Program-made: the position numbers and the translations under genes | Virus record (IMG/VR): IMGVR_UViG_3300008262_000001 | Length of the DNA stretch: 64,000 nucleotides | DNA from: a virus | Taxonomy: Duplodnaviria; Caudoviricetes | Direction: 5' to 3' (one strand) | Shown here: positions 19,928-28,866 of the stretch, in pieces | Numbering within the stretch: position 1 is the first letter of the stretch | Layout: each line of letters starts with the position of its first letter | The notes under the pieces: model-generated | Told to the model about the DNA's origin: nothing | Seen by the model: the letters and a program-made list of their open reading frames with translations, nothing else | Databases searched by the model: none

Positions 19928-21334
19928 TTATGATTTTTGTTTAATTAATTTTTTAATTTTTTCTATTTCTTTTTCGCACTCGAAATATTTCTTCTTTGTT
20001 GATTTCCTTTGGTTGTAGAGTCCTTGGAGAATTTCTCTTAGAACTGGTTCTTTACCCTCTTTAGAAAAGAAAACTGCTCCTGATGAGGTTTTGATAGCTC
20101 CCTCCGGGATATTTTGTAGATTCTTTCCCAAATAAATTTCAGGAGATATTCCCCATTGAATCATAGTGTTGGGATAAAGAGAAGCAAAGTCAAAGCATGC
20201 AATCCATTCGTATAAACCCTTGTCTGGCTTTTTAACATATGCACCTTCAAACTTTACGTGTGATTCTTCCTTCTTTTCCGATACAATTACCTTTTTCCTT
20301 TCCAGAAATTTTCTCAACATGAGTACTTCGGTAGTCCAAACGGGAGAAAGGGCTCGACTTATTTCCACTCTACTTACTCCAGCTATTTTAAAAAATGTTG
20401 AAAGAGTATCAAGTCTTTGATCGATATAGTGGACAAGAGCACAGTCAACTGCGTTGTAAAAAATAAACGTTTCAAAATCTGATTCATAAAGATCTTTTAA
20501 TGAACCCTGGTAGTGAATCTTTTTAATTCCAATTGCTTGGGTTGCAACGTAATCCAAAGAGTTTGATTCTCTGATCTTAATGACCCTGTCCCACTTTTTA
20601 TAGATCTCAAGGTAGTCGACCATTAGAATGTGCTGAGGAACTTGGTTTTTACCAAGCAAAACAGAACTAGGTGAACAGATTTTTGGATCAATACCTAACC
20701 TTTTACATCGATTGATTATGTAAGGCCAGTCATATCCAAACCAGTTCCATCCAGTAATCAAAGGCATTTTTGGGACTAGCTTTGACAGGAAAGTGTAAAG
20801 CATGTCAAATTCAGATTCGAATTTCCTGTAGTTGAAAGTCCAATCCCCTTTTTGACCGTTAAAGTGGTCTTTGATTCTTTTTTCGATAGTAAGGATCCTG
20901 TCTGGGCTCATGTCCTCAAGTCCCATGACCAAAATTTTTCCATGCGACGAAGCCATACCAACTGATAGGATTCTATTTTTAGCATTCTCTGTGTCTAATG
21001 AATCCGCCCGATTATCTGTGATTTCAACCTCAATATCCACAAAGTACTTCTTGGGAGTTTGGTAATCCCAAAAAGGTTTTGTGACCTGGGGGTCAAAAGA
21101 TTCCAGGATCTCCATTATTCTAAGTCGATCCAATTTATATGTTCCGTGTTTCTTAACTGGATATCCGTCCCATGATTCCCATTCTTTATCTCTGTTTTTA
21201 TCTGATGCAGAAGTTTTTTGCCAAACGAACTGCTGGGATTTTGGAATTGGTATTTTAATGATGTTAACTTCTCCTTCTTCTGTGTAGTGCGAAACGGAAA
21301 GGGAAGATCCTGAACTTTCAATATCAATGATCAT
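19928..21334 (-). CDS. polB: Family B DNA polymerase N-terminal subunit (3'-5' exonuclease, motif A, first fingers helix)
   Basis: FVDIE (ExoI), GWNWFGYDWPY (ExoII), YNAVD (ExoIII), FDFASLYP (motif A). Ends after RKSTKKKY without motifs B/C. Confidence 0.93.
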   Translation of the reverse strand: MIIDIESSGSSLSVSHYTEEGEVNIIKIPIPKSQQFVWQKTSASDKNRDKEWESWDGYPVKKHGTYKLDRLRIMEILESFDPQVTKPFWDYQTPKKYFVDIEVEITDNRADSLDTENAKNRILSVGMASSHGKILVMGLEDMSPDRILTIEKRIKDHFNGQKGDWTFNYRKFESEFDMLYTFLSKLVPKMPLITGWNWFGYDWPYIINRCKRLGIDPKICSPSSVLLGKNQVPQHILMVDYLEIYKKWDRVIKIRESNSLDYVATQAIGIKKIHYQGSLKDLYESDFETFIFYNAVDCALVHYIDQRLDTLSTFFKIAGVSRVEISRALSPVWTTEVLMLRKFLERKKVIVSEKKEESHVKFEGAYVKKPDKGLYEWIACFDFASLYPNTMIQWGISPEIYLGKNLQNIPEGAIKTSSGAVFFSKEGKEPVLREILQGLYNQRKSTKKKYFECEKEIEKIKKLIKQKS

Positions 21335-21397
21335 GTCTTTTTTACATTCTATGCTAACAAGGTTTCAAATTTTCGAAAAGAAAGGAATATATAATTG

Positions 21398-21706
21398 GTG
21401 AAAAACCTCATTAGCTTTAAATTATTCGAACAAGTTTACCTGAATGATGTTAATCCTTTCGCAAAGGAAAATAGTCATCCTAAGGGACTTAGATTTGTCA
21501 ATAAGGAGGAAGCTTTGAAATCTATTAGAAGGTTACAAGACATGATAACCAAAGGTCAAATCAAAATCAAAGATGCAATCATAGCTTGCTATATCATGTC
21601 ACAAAGAGCAGAATTCCACAAGTTCCAAAATAAAGGAATTAAAGAGGGTGGAGAAATCTGGAAGAATTATTTATCGGAACTTAAAAATAAAGAGGATCTA
21701 TCATAA
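21398..21706 (+). CDS. Hypothetical protein with a tag-like N-terminus (MKNLISFKLFEQ)
   Basis: GTG start just after GAATATATAA (21385-21394). Confidence 0.65.
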   Translation: MKNLISFKLFEQVYLNDVNPFAKENSHPKGLRFVNKEEALKSIRRLQDMITKGQIKIKDAIIACYIMSQRAEFHKFQNKGIKEGGEIWKNYLSELKNKEDLS

Positions 21707-21722
21707 TTAAACTTCCTCTAGA

Positions 21723-22061
21723 TTGGATCTACATAAAAAGGTAATACGGGCTTGGAAAAACGAATTTGGAGATTTGAAAAATTCATCAAGTGTTTTAAGC
21801 AATTTATTGTCTTCAAAATTTAACGGAAATGAACCTCCATCAGATGAAGAAATCAATAAAGCATTAAAAGATCTTTCAGATATTCCTAAAATAGCCCCTC
21901 TGGTAGCAATCATTTTAGCTGCACCTATTCCTGGAAGTTCTATTGGTTACTTGGTAATAATGAATTCATTAAAGAAGTTGACCAAAGACAAAATAGATCT
22001 TGTACCTAAAAGATTTGGAGAGATATTCAATAACGAAGAAAAGAAAGATGAAGAGTCTTAA
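21723..22061 (+). CDS. Hypothetical protein with a hydrophobic segment
   Basis: 112-aa ORF downstream of the previous plus-strand gene; TTG start uncertain. Confidence 0.45.
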   Translation: MDLHKKVIRAWKNEFGDLKNSSSVLSNLLSSKFNGNEPPSDEEINKALKDLSDIPKIAPLVAIILAAPIPGSSIGYLVIMNSLKKLTKDKIDLVPKRFGEIFNNEEKKDEES

Positions 22062-22654
22062 TTCTTTTTAAAATATTGGATAAATGACTTCAGTAGCTCT
22101 TCCAATTTATTACTTTGTTCGTCAGATCCTAAATCGAAATTCGGAGAATTGCTCACAGTATTTTTAAGTAATTTAGAAAGAGCTTTATAAGAAGAAGGCA
22201 CTTCATCAGATTTATCGCTCTTACTAATTTGTTTGATTCCTTTGGAAAATCCCATTAGGAATCTATCCACCTCTGTTTTATCTACTTTTTCTAGATCCGA
22301 GTAATCGAAAAACAGTGAAATAATATCCCAAATATTATTGGAAGTTATTTCATTAAAACCCTTTTCTGTTCTGCTTTTTCCGTCTTTGCCAACAATTTTA
22401 ACTACACAGACAGATTTTTTATCAGGGGCTGATTCTGCTGAAGGATAAAAATCTATTCTTGATTCCTCTTCTTCAACCTTTTCTAATTTTGAATAGCTAA
22501 TCGAAAAATTTCCATTTTGATTAAAAATGAAAAAACCATATCCTGGCTTTTTATCAAAAGATCCCTCATCATAAACAAGAGACCAATTTGCAGTAACCAT
22601 TTCTATCTTTTCAAATAGATTTTGGTATTTTTTAAATTCCAGTATATGCTTCAT
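22058..22654 (-). CDS. Hypothetical protein with a tag-like N-terminus (MKHILEFKKYQNLFE)
   Basis: AATATATAG at 22658-22666 directly upstream. Confidence 0.7.
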   Translation of the reverse strand: MKHILEFKKYQNLFEKIEMVTANWSLVYDEGSFDKKPGYGFFIFNQNGNFSISYSKLEKVEEEESRIDFYPSAESAPDKKSVCVVKIVGKDGKSRTEKGFNEITSNNIWDIISLFFDYSDLEKVDKTEVDRFLMGFSKGIKQISKSDKSDEVPSSYKALSKLLKNTVSNSPNFDLGSDEQSNKLEELLKSFIQYFKKN

Positions 22655-22665
22655 ACTCTATATAT

Positions 22666-23046
22666 TTATAGAGCATCCAAATACATTTTAAGCTTCTTAT
22701 CTGATGGTATAAAATCTAGATCATTTTGAACAAATATTCTCCATGCCTCTTTACCATATTTACCAACTCCTGTGAAGAGCTTGGGATCTCTCAGTCCATC
22801 GGACCACTCAAGAGAAAATGACTTTAATCTTTTGGCTTTAACATTTTGGAATCCAGTTGCTTTAATAAAGTCGCTTATGACTTCTGCGTCCTCTTTCATA
22901 AGTTCAAAAGAATTAGGCCACTTAAGAAAGAAACTTTCTATTAGTGGCCTAACCTGCTTGTTGTTTGTTTGATTTAAAAGGATGCAACAAACTAAAACTT
23001 TCCAAGGATCGTTTTTATACTCCTCCTGAATGATTGAAATAGCCAT
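22666..23046 (-). CDS. MBD4-like HhH-GPD DNA glycosylase
   Basis: DPWKVLVCCILLNQT, GVGKYG.EAWRIF and DKKLKMY match the MBD4 catalytic domain pattern including the catalytic Asp. Confidence 0.8.
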   Translation of the reverse strand: MAISIIQEEYKNDPWKVLVCCILLNQTNNKQVRPLIESFFLKWPNSFELMKEDAEVISDFIKATGFQNVKAKRLKSFSLEWSDGLRDPKLFTGVGKYGKEAWRIFVQNDLDFIPSDKKLKMYLDAL

Positions 23047-23055
23047 AAGGCTAAA

Positions 23056-23385
23056 TTACAAAATCTCTATCTCTTTTTTCTTTTCTTTTTTATTTTTATT
23101 GAGATTGAGGAATAATAAGCCGTTTTCAATCTTTGCTGTAATAGGTTCTTCCGAATTAAGGCTTTCATTCGGTAAAACGAACTTCTTGTCAATTTCATAA
23201 TTAGTACCTAAAATTTCTTTTTTTCCTTCCACATGAACTACTCGATTTTCTAAGGAAATTCTAAGATCCTCTTTTGAAAATCCAGGAACTTCTAAAACAA
23301 TCACTCCCGATTTGTGAGTGTAGGTGCCGTAGGAACTTTTAAAGTTCTTCATAAAGAAAGGCAATTCAAATTCTGTTGTTATCAT
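23056..23385 (-). CDS. Small heat shock protein (Hsp20)
   Basis: LEVPGFSKEDLRISLE...F.LP...ITAKIENGLL. Confidence 0.9.
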   Translation of the reverse strand: MITTEFELPFFMKNFKSSYGTYTHKSGVIVLEVPGFSKEDLRISLENRVVHVEGKKEILGTNYEIDKKFVLPNESLNSEEPITAKIENGLLFLNLNKNKKEKKKEIEIL

Positions 23386-23441
23386 AGTTTGTTATTTTTT
23401 CACCATAATATCAAAATGAATTCCGTTCCAAGAAAAACAAA

Positions 23442-23470
23442 AAATCCAAGTGATTTTGTCACTTGGATTT
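23442..23470 (-). terminator. 12-bp perfect hairpin with T tract (intrinsic terminator) upstream of hsp20
   Basis: AAATCCAAGTGA-CAAAA-TCACTTGGATTT followed by TTTGTTTTTC on the minus strand. Confidence 0.75.
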
Positions 23471-23491
23471 AAAAAAATATGTCAAAATTTC

Positions 23492-24010
23492 TTATTGGTT
23501 CTTCTTTGATCTTTTAACAAAGGCATCGAAATTTAAAAGGGAAGTATCTAAGGGATCTTTTTCTCTTTTAGTTGTGTCCTCTGTATCAGATCCAAGCATG
23601 ATGTTTTTGTACTTTTTCTTTTTGCCTTTTCCTGCTGCAGGGGTTCCTGCTGTTAATGTCGGAAATTGATCACCAGATCCTTCTTTGCCTGGAGTTGGAG
23701 GCACTACATTGCCCATACCAGGCGTTGCAGCCAATGAAGCAAAAGCACCACCACTTTCATCAATAACTCCTGATATTTTGTTTTTGAAAACTCTATAAGA
23801 TCCTCTGTCCCCTTCGATAACGTATCCAATAACCTCACCAACATTGTTTCTAATAGAATCATCAACTAGACCGGATCTACCATCAACAAGATTAACACGT
23901 TTGCCAACGAGCGGATCGGAACTGTATCTTGAGACTTGAGGAGCTGAGAAACTTCTAATATTATCTGCAGTGGATGAGCATCCACAGTCTTCGTTTAATT
24001 CTTCTTCCAT
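23492..24010 (-). CDS. Hypothetical protein (SH3/KOW-like beta segment, low-complexity tail)
   Basis: 172-aa ORF; VGKRVNLVDGRSGLV...GYVIE. Confidence 0.6.
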   Translation of the reverse strand: MEEELNEDCGCSSTADNIRSFSAPQVSRYSSDPLVGKRVNLVDGRSGLVDDSIRNNVGEVIGYVIEGDRGSYRVFKNKISGVIDESGGAFASLAATPGMGNVVPPTPGKEGSGDQFPTLTAGTPAAGKGKKKKYKNIMLGSDTEDTTKREKDPLDTSLLNFDAFVKRSKKNQ

Positions 24011-24017
24011 AACTAAG

Positions 24018-24380
24018 TTATTTTTTCTTGCTAATAAATTCTCTGTAATCCGAAAGATTTTGAAGCTTAGATAAGCCAGATTGTTTTTTTGGCTTGTTAG
24101 ATTCAGGCTTCAAGTAAGGATATAGGGTTGGAACTTCTCCAGGATTTCCTTCCTCTGTAGAAGATGACATTTCCTCTTCTTTTAATCCCTTATGTTTGGT
24201 TGAAGCAAAATCTTTAAGAGATTTTTTGGACATATTTTTTGCAATGTCCATGATTTCTTTTCTGTATTCGGATTCAATAGTATTTGGATCAATACCAGTT
24301 TTTCCGTCTGAGTCCATCCACTTACGTACTCCGTAAGCCTGTCCCATTAATCTTTGTTGACTTTTTGTTACGCTTGGCAT
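24018..24380 (-). CDS. DUF3008-like protein
   Basis: MPSVTKSQQRLMG.A and L.DFASTKHKGL. Confidence 0.6.
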   Translation of the reverse strand: MPSVTKSQQRLMGQAYGVRKWMDSDGKTGIDPNTIESEYRKEIMDIAKNMSKKSLKDFASTKHKGLKEEEMSSSTEEGNPGEVPTLYPYLKPESNKPKKQSGLSKLQNLSDYREFISKKK

Positions 24381-24381
24381 A

Positions 24382-24573
24382 TTAACTATCAGTGAATTTA
24401 GGTTTCTTACCTATATATTCTTTGAAAGTCCAAATAAACCTACGGTACTTGTCTTTTGTCAAATTAAAACCCGTATCTCCTTTCTGAATCTTTACTGGTG
24501 AAACTGGTGGCTTATAAGCTCCTGTTTCTGGGTATTGATTATCAGAAGAAGATACGGGTTTTTTCTTAGACAT
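24382..24573 (-). CDS. Hypothetical basic protein
   Basis: 63-aa ORF tightly packed in the operon. Confidence 0.5.
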   Translation of the reverse strand: MSKKKPVSSSDNQYPETGAYKPPVSPVKIQKGDTGFNLTKDKYRRFIWTFKEYIGKKPKFTDS

Positions 24574-24578
24574 TTTTT

Positions 24579-24806
24579 TTAGTTAATTCCCACTACAGAC
24601 TCAATTTTAGATTGAGCTACTGAAGTAACTTCAAAATCTAAATGGGCAGTAGTGCTTTCGCCTGCAAGGTGTTTATGCAGATTAGCTTCTGCTTCGGTCA
24701 CACTTTCGGCTTCTACCAAGATTTCAGATTTTGAAGCCTTGGCTTTTCCGGTGCTCTTTGAAACCTCACCGGTAAAAAAACTCACTTTACAAATGTAATA
24801 ACTCAT
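24579..24806 (-). CDS. DUF4494-like protein
   Basis: E.LVEAESVTEAEA...FEVTSV..SKI..V pattern, typical of Bacteroidota. Confidence 0.7.
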   Translation of the reverse strand: MSYYICKVSFFTGEVSKSTGKAKASKSEILVEAESVTEAEANLHKHLAGESTTAHLDFEVTSVAQSKIESVVGIN

Positions 24807-24811
24807 TGAAA

Positions 24812-24991
24812 TTAGGCTTGAGTGTTTTTAACTGACTGAACATCAATTCTCAAATCTTGAGCTAATTTTTTAAGGTCTTGACAAGCAGAACGAACTCGTG
24901 TTCCTGCTGACTTGTTACCCTTTACGTAGAAAGCATCAACATCCTTGCTCATGCTTTCAATCAAATCTTTCATCTTGGTGTAATTTTCCAT
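24812..24991 (-). CDS. Histone H1-like Hc1-family DNA-binding protein (59 aa; not in the ORF track)
   Basis: MENYTKMKDLIESMSKDVDAFYVKGNKSAGTRVRSACQDLKKLAQDLRIDVQSVKNTQA; the GNK.AGTR.R signature. Confidence 0.75.
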   Translation of the reverse strand: MENYTKMKDLIESMSKDVDAFYVKGNKSAGTRVRSACQDLKKLAQDLRIDVQSVKNTQA

Positions 24992-24995
24992 TTTT

Positions 24996-25349
24996 TTATG
25001 ATTTTATATCCTTTTTAGTTGAATTTTTACCAGATGTTTCATTTATCCTTACAGATCTTAATATTCTTTTTCCTAATGTAGTCAAACAAAAATAATTGGC
25101 TTCTTCCTCTTGGATTTTGTATTGGATATACTTCTTATGATTCCTAACCCAAGACATTGTTGGTTTTTTACCAGATGAATCCTCCTCCATAGATTCTAAG
25201 AATTCTAAAAGTTCTTTTTTAGACACTCTTTGTTTTTCCTCTATAAAAGACAAAATAGTGGTCGTTACTTGAGAAGGTTTTGCCCAAGCAATAGCTATTC
25301 TTGATTCGTTGACAAAATCATCGTATTTAAGAATAAAACTATTATTCAT
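24996..25349 (-). CDS. Hypothetical winged-helix-like protein with a tag-like N-terminus (MNNSFILKYDDFVNES)
   Basis: Start revised to the ATG at 25349, which overlaps the upstream stop. Confidence 0.55.
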   Translation of the reverse strand: MNNSFILKYDDFVNESRIAIAWAKPSQVTTTILSFIEEKQRVSKKELLEFLESMEEDSSGKKPTMSWVRNHKKYIQYKIQEEEANYFCLTTLGKRILRSVRINETSGKNSTKKDIKS

Positions 25350-25875
25350 GATCTCTTCTCTTATAGATAACAATTTTTGAAGATGGTCCTTCTTGAATAC
25401 TCCATTTGTTATAGCTCCAAGAATCCATTAAATTTTTAACAAAAGACATGTAAACTTTAAAATCCCCTTTTAAATTCAAAGGCATCTCATCATAAATAGT
25501 GGAAACCTTTGGATTATTTTGCAAGTAGTCCTTTATAGCTTCACCAACTATTTTATAGAACCTCATAAACTCAGACTTAGTTAATGAGAAAGAATCGTTT
25601 TCTCTTGATCTGTAATCAGAATCACTTACCAAGTAATCATCCATAATATTTGGAGACATTGGTTGAACTGAAATAACTGCGTAGCTATTCTCAGCAGCTT
25701 CTATTGTTATATTTCTAGATAATTTACCTAAACTAACTATGAATCCGAGTTCATCCTCTTCACCGTCTACTTTGAAGAAATAATTATAAACTTTTCCCTC
25801 TTTTTTTCTTATGAAGTAATCTCTTCCATATCCATCCTCATTGAGGAAATTCTCGTACAATGTTAAGTGTTTCAT
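25342..25875 (-). CDS. Hypothetical protein with a tag-like N-terminus (MKHLTLYENFLNED)
   Basis: 177-aa ORF. Confidence 0.7.
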   Translation of the reverse strand: MKHLTLYENFLNEDGYGRDYFIRKKEGKVYNYFFKVDGEEDELGFIVSLGKLSRNITIEAAENSYAVISVQPMSPNIMDDYLVSDSDYRSRENDSFSLTKSEFMRFYKIVGEAIKDYLQNNPKVSTIYDEMPLNLKGDFKVYMSFVKNLMDSWSYNKWSIQEGPSSKIVIYKRRDHE

Positions 25876-25878
25876 AAT

Positions 25879-26148
25879 TTAGTTACCTTTTTTTGGAAAA
25901 GTTGCAGAGATATTTGGAATATACTTATTGTTTTTCCTTTTGAATATTTCTCCTCTAACAACGTTTCCGTAGTATTTATCTATCAAATTCCATCCCTCTT
26001 GTAAATCAGTAATATCAGCATCTTCAAGCTTAGAATACTCGTCAATAACTTGTTTAAGTTTTGACATGGCTTCTTCTAATACCTTTTTACTAGGAGAAAG
26101 GTCATACTTGAATGTATGACCTTCCTTTATATTACTGAATTTTTGCAT
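25879..26148 (-). CDS. Hypothetical protein
   Basis: 89-aa ORF in the operon. Confidence 0.55.
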   Translation of the reverse strand: MQKFSNIKEGHTFKYDLSPSKKVLEEAMSKLKQVIDEYSKLEDADITDLQEGWNLIDKYYGNVVRGEIFKRKNNKYIPNISATFPKKGN

Positions 26149-26150
26149 TC

Positions 26151-27719
26151 TTAAAGTTCAGTTCCAAGAGTAACGTTCCATTTTCTTACCAAAGGACCAA
26201 GACATGTTACTATCTTAGTTGCTCTTTCTGGATCGTAATCTCTTTGGTTTTTATCGAATAAGTAAGGGTGATTAGCAGTTAAATTACTTAAAGCTGCTCC
26301 TCCCCATTCAGGTGAACCTACTCTTTGAAGATATGTTGCAAAGTTGCAAACCTCTGTTGGAGTAAGGATCTTTTCTCTACTCATTCTGATGATTCCTGAA
26401 AGGAGAGCGTGAGCATAGTCTGCTCTAGTTTTTCCTTTAGAATCTGTTTTGTCAGGAAGAGGAGCTTTTTCAGGATCGCTGAAAGGAAGAAGTAAATCCT
26501 TAACAGGAATTTCTTTAGCAACTTTATAGAAATCAACAAAAGCAGCTGCTGCTTCATAACCAACTTCAATTTGGAAAGCATTGAGAAGATCCTTATCAGA
26601 AATCTCTTTTACACCTTCACTTTCTAATTCTCTCATTGTTCTTTCCAATCCCACAGCAGCATCAGTCCAAGCTCTTGGCGTTGGGTATTTGATCATCTGT
26701 TTAGAAGGATCTAAGTTGTGGAAATAATCCTGTTGGAAATCCAAGAAATCTAAAAGTTCAGGTAATACAATATCTTTCAATCTGCTACCTTCAATGAATT
26801 TTCTATAAGAAGCAGGAGAAGTAACAAAGTTAACAACAGAGAATCTATCTCTTAAAGCTGTACCCATTGGTTTAACTTCTCTTGGATCATCTTCTGGTCT
26901 GTTACCTGCTGCAACAATATACCATTTCAAAGGAATCTCGTAATTCTGACCAAGTCTTCTAGATTGAGCAAGCTTCATGAAAACTTTGATTACTTCTTGA
27001 GGCATACGATTTAATTCGTCAATAAAGAGTATACCACCCATATTGTCTCTACCATTATCATTCGGAAGAAGGTTTACAGAAACGTTTGCTCTAGTAATAC
27101 CTTTTCCATAAGGATCAGTTTCTGAAGGTTGTGCAATATCTACAACAGAAGGCACACCAGCAAAGTCAACAGGCTCTGCAAATTCACCATCTACAAAAGC
27201 AAGGTTTAATGGTTTACCGTATAATTCTTTTCCAAGTTCGTCACAAACTTGTGCAACGATTTGGGTTTTACCAATACCAGGTGCTCCAAAGATGAAGATT
27301 GGTTTAACATCTCTTGCTCCTTGAGCAGCTGCTTCTGGACTAATATCACCAGCATCGAATTTTTCACCATTTTTCAAGATGTCCTTAAGACGGGTTTTAA
27401 TCATCTTTTTCAATTCCTGTTCTTTAACATCAAGAATATCTTGTGATCTTGGAAATTCCAAAGGAACTTTTGCTTCGTTACTTGCTTCAGCATACGGAGT
27501 GCCTGAGAAAAAATCTAAAAGCTGTGATTCAATTGAACCTTTATCTGGATCAAAAGCCATAGCCATTGGTTTTCCAGCCTTTGGACCGGAAGGAATCATT
27601 TTCATAATTCCAGATTTCAACGCACTCTTTATGGAATCGATCCAACCAGAGATTTTAGATCCGAGTTCCGAAAAATATCCCTCGTTTACGAATTCATTAA
27701 AATTGTAGATCCTTTTCAT
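26151..27719 (-). CDS. MoxR-type AAA+ ATPase with a tag-like N-terminus
   Basis: GAPGIGKT (Walker A), LFIDELNR (Walker B), AAGN (sensor 1), ALRDRF (Arg finger), PTPRAW; N-terminus MKRIYNFNEFVNEG; GATATATA at 27740-27747. Confidence 0.9.
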   Translation of the reverse strand: MKRIYNFNEFVNEGYFSELGSKISGWIDSIKSALKSGIMKMIPSGPKAGKPMAMAFDPDKGSIESQLLDFFSGTPYAEASNEAKVPLEFPRSQDILDVKEQELKKMIKTRLKDILKNGEKFDAGDISPEAAAQGARDVKPIFIFGAPGIGKTQIVAQVCDELGKELYGKPLNLAFVDGEFAEPVDFAGVPSVVDIAQPSETDPYGKGITRANVSVNLLPNDNGRDNMGGILFIDELNRMPQEVIKVFMKLAQSRRLGQNYEIPLKWYIVAAGNRPEDDPREVKPMGTALRDRFSVVNFVTSPASYRKFIEGSRLKDIVLPELLDFLDFQQDYFHNLDPSKQMIKYPTPRAWTDAAVGLERTMRELESEGVKEISDKDLLNAFQIEVGYEAAAAFVDFYKVAKEIPVKDLLLPFSDPEKAPLPDKTDSKGKTRADYAHALLSGIIRMSREKILTPTEVCNFATYLQRVGSPEWGGAALSNLTANHPYLFDKNQRDYDPERATKIVTCLGPLVRKWNVTLGTEL

Positions 27720-27750
27720 CTATTGTTTTTTATTTATTGTATATATCTTT

Positions 27751-28860
27751 TTAGATAGTATTTACGTCCTTATTAGGTAATGTAATATCAATTCTTCCAC
27801 CAAAAGGAATTTCGTCTGGGAATGGTCTTCCGTTCCAGGTAAGAAGTACCCAAAGACATCGATCTTCGTATTCTCCTATACCATATTCAGAAGCTTTTGG
27901 GAAAGTTGCTTCACCATCTGTGAAATAAATGAAACAAGAAGGATTGATTCCTTTATCTAAAAGATTTTCTTGAGTCCATTTAAATGGAGGATAAAACTCG
28001 GTACCCCCCGATTGTAATTTACCAACTTCTATAGGATCTCCGGGTTGGATATGATCTACTCTATAAATGCTAGTGTGACAGAAAATAACATAAAGATCCT
28101 GTGGAGAATAAGCATCAACTATTGCTTTTGCTTCAGCAAGGAATTGAGCTACCATTTTATCAGATATAGAACCTGATGTGTCAATTGCAATAACAACACA
28201 TTCAAAATCTTCCTTGTATCTTTTGTAACCATATTGTGCTTTACCTTGTGCTAAGAATCTTCTAGCGGGTAAAGCGTATCTTGTTTTAGAGATAGCATTA
28301 TCAATAAAGGTTTCGAGTTCTCTTTTCCAATCAATAACAGGAGCTCTCATTCTATCAAGAGCTGCTCTGATTCCTCCTGGAATTTTTCCTTGTGATTGGG
28401 ACTCTGCAGCAGTTGTGATTTGCTTCCATTCCTCTTTCATCTTCTCATTATCAGTTGGTCCTTCACCTAAAGTTCCAGCAGGCAATACTTCACCTATGAC
28501 TGTTTTTCCTGCTGGCTTTTGCCAAGGTGTAACCTCATAACTGGCCCCAGGAACTTCTGGATCGACTTCTTCCCATCCCTGTCCTTTATCTGTTCCTGAA
28601 CCTGATCCTGATCCCTTAGAAGGTTTTCCTTGGTCGTCTTGACCCTGCTCACCTTTCTTTCCCTTCCCAGATTTTTTATCTTGCTTTTTGTCATCACCTG
28701 GTTTTTCTGGTCCTTCTTGTCCAGGCTGATCTTCTGTTCCTGGTTCGTCAGGTCCTTCACCAAATTGTTCAATATTTTTTGGAGGTTCTCCGCCTTGGCC
28801 ACCGCCTTGGCCACCTTGCTTAGGAACTATTTTTTTAACCTCTGTTATTTTTGCTTTCAT
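27751..28860 (-). CDS. vWA-domain protein (DUF2201 C-terminal type) with a low-complexity N-terminus
   Basis: IDWKRELE, MIDAS AIDTSGS...GGTEF...FTDG. Confidence 0.85.
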   Translation of the reverse strand: MKAKITEVKKIVPKQGGQGGGQGGEPPKNIEQFGEGPDEPGTEDQPGQEGPEKPGDDKKQDKKSGKGKKGEQGQDDQGKPSKGSGSGSGTDKGQGWEEVDPEVPGASYEVTPWQKPAGKTVIGEVLPAGTLGEGPTDNEKMKEEWKQITTAAESQSQGKIPGGIRAALDRMRAPVIDWKRELETFIDNAISKTRYALPARRFLAQGKAQYGYKRYKEDFECVVIAIDTSGSISDKMVAQFLAEAKAIVDAYSPQDLYVIFCHTSIYRVDHIQPGDPIEVGKLQSGGTEFYPPFKWTQENLLDKGINPSCFIYFTDGEATFPKASEYGIGEYEDRCLWVLLTWNGRPFPDEIPFGGRIDITLPNKDVNTI

Positions 28861-28866
28861 CTTTTA

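Noticed and set aside
23442-23470. Inverted repeat upstream of hsp20 as a CIRCE/heat-shock operator
   Set aside because: The sequence does not match TTAGCACTC-N9-GAGTGCTAA, and the trailing T tract fits an intrinsic terminator.
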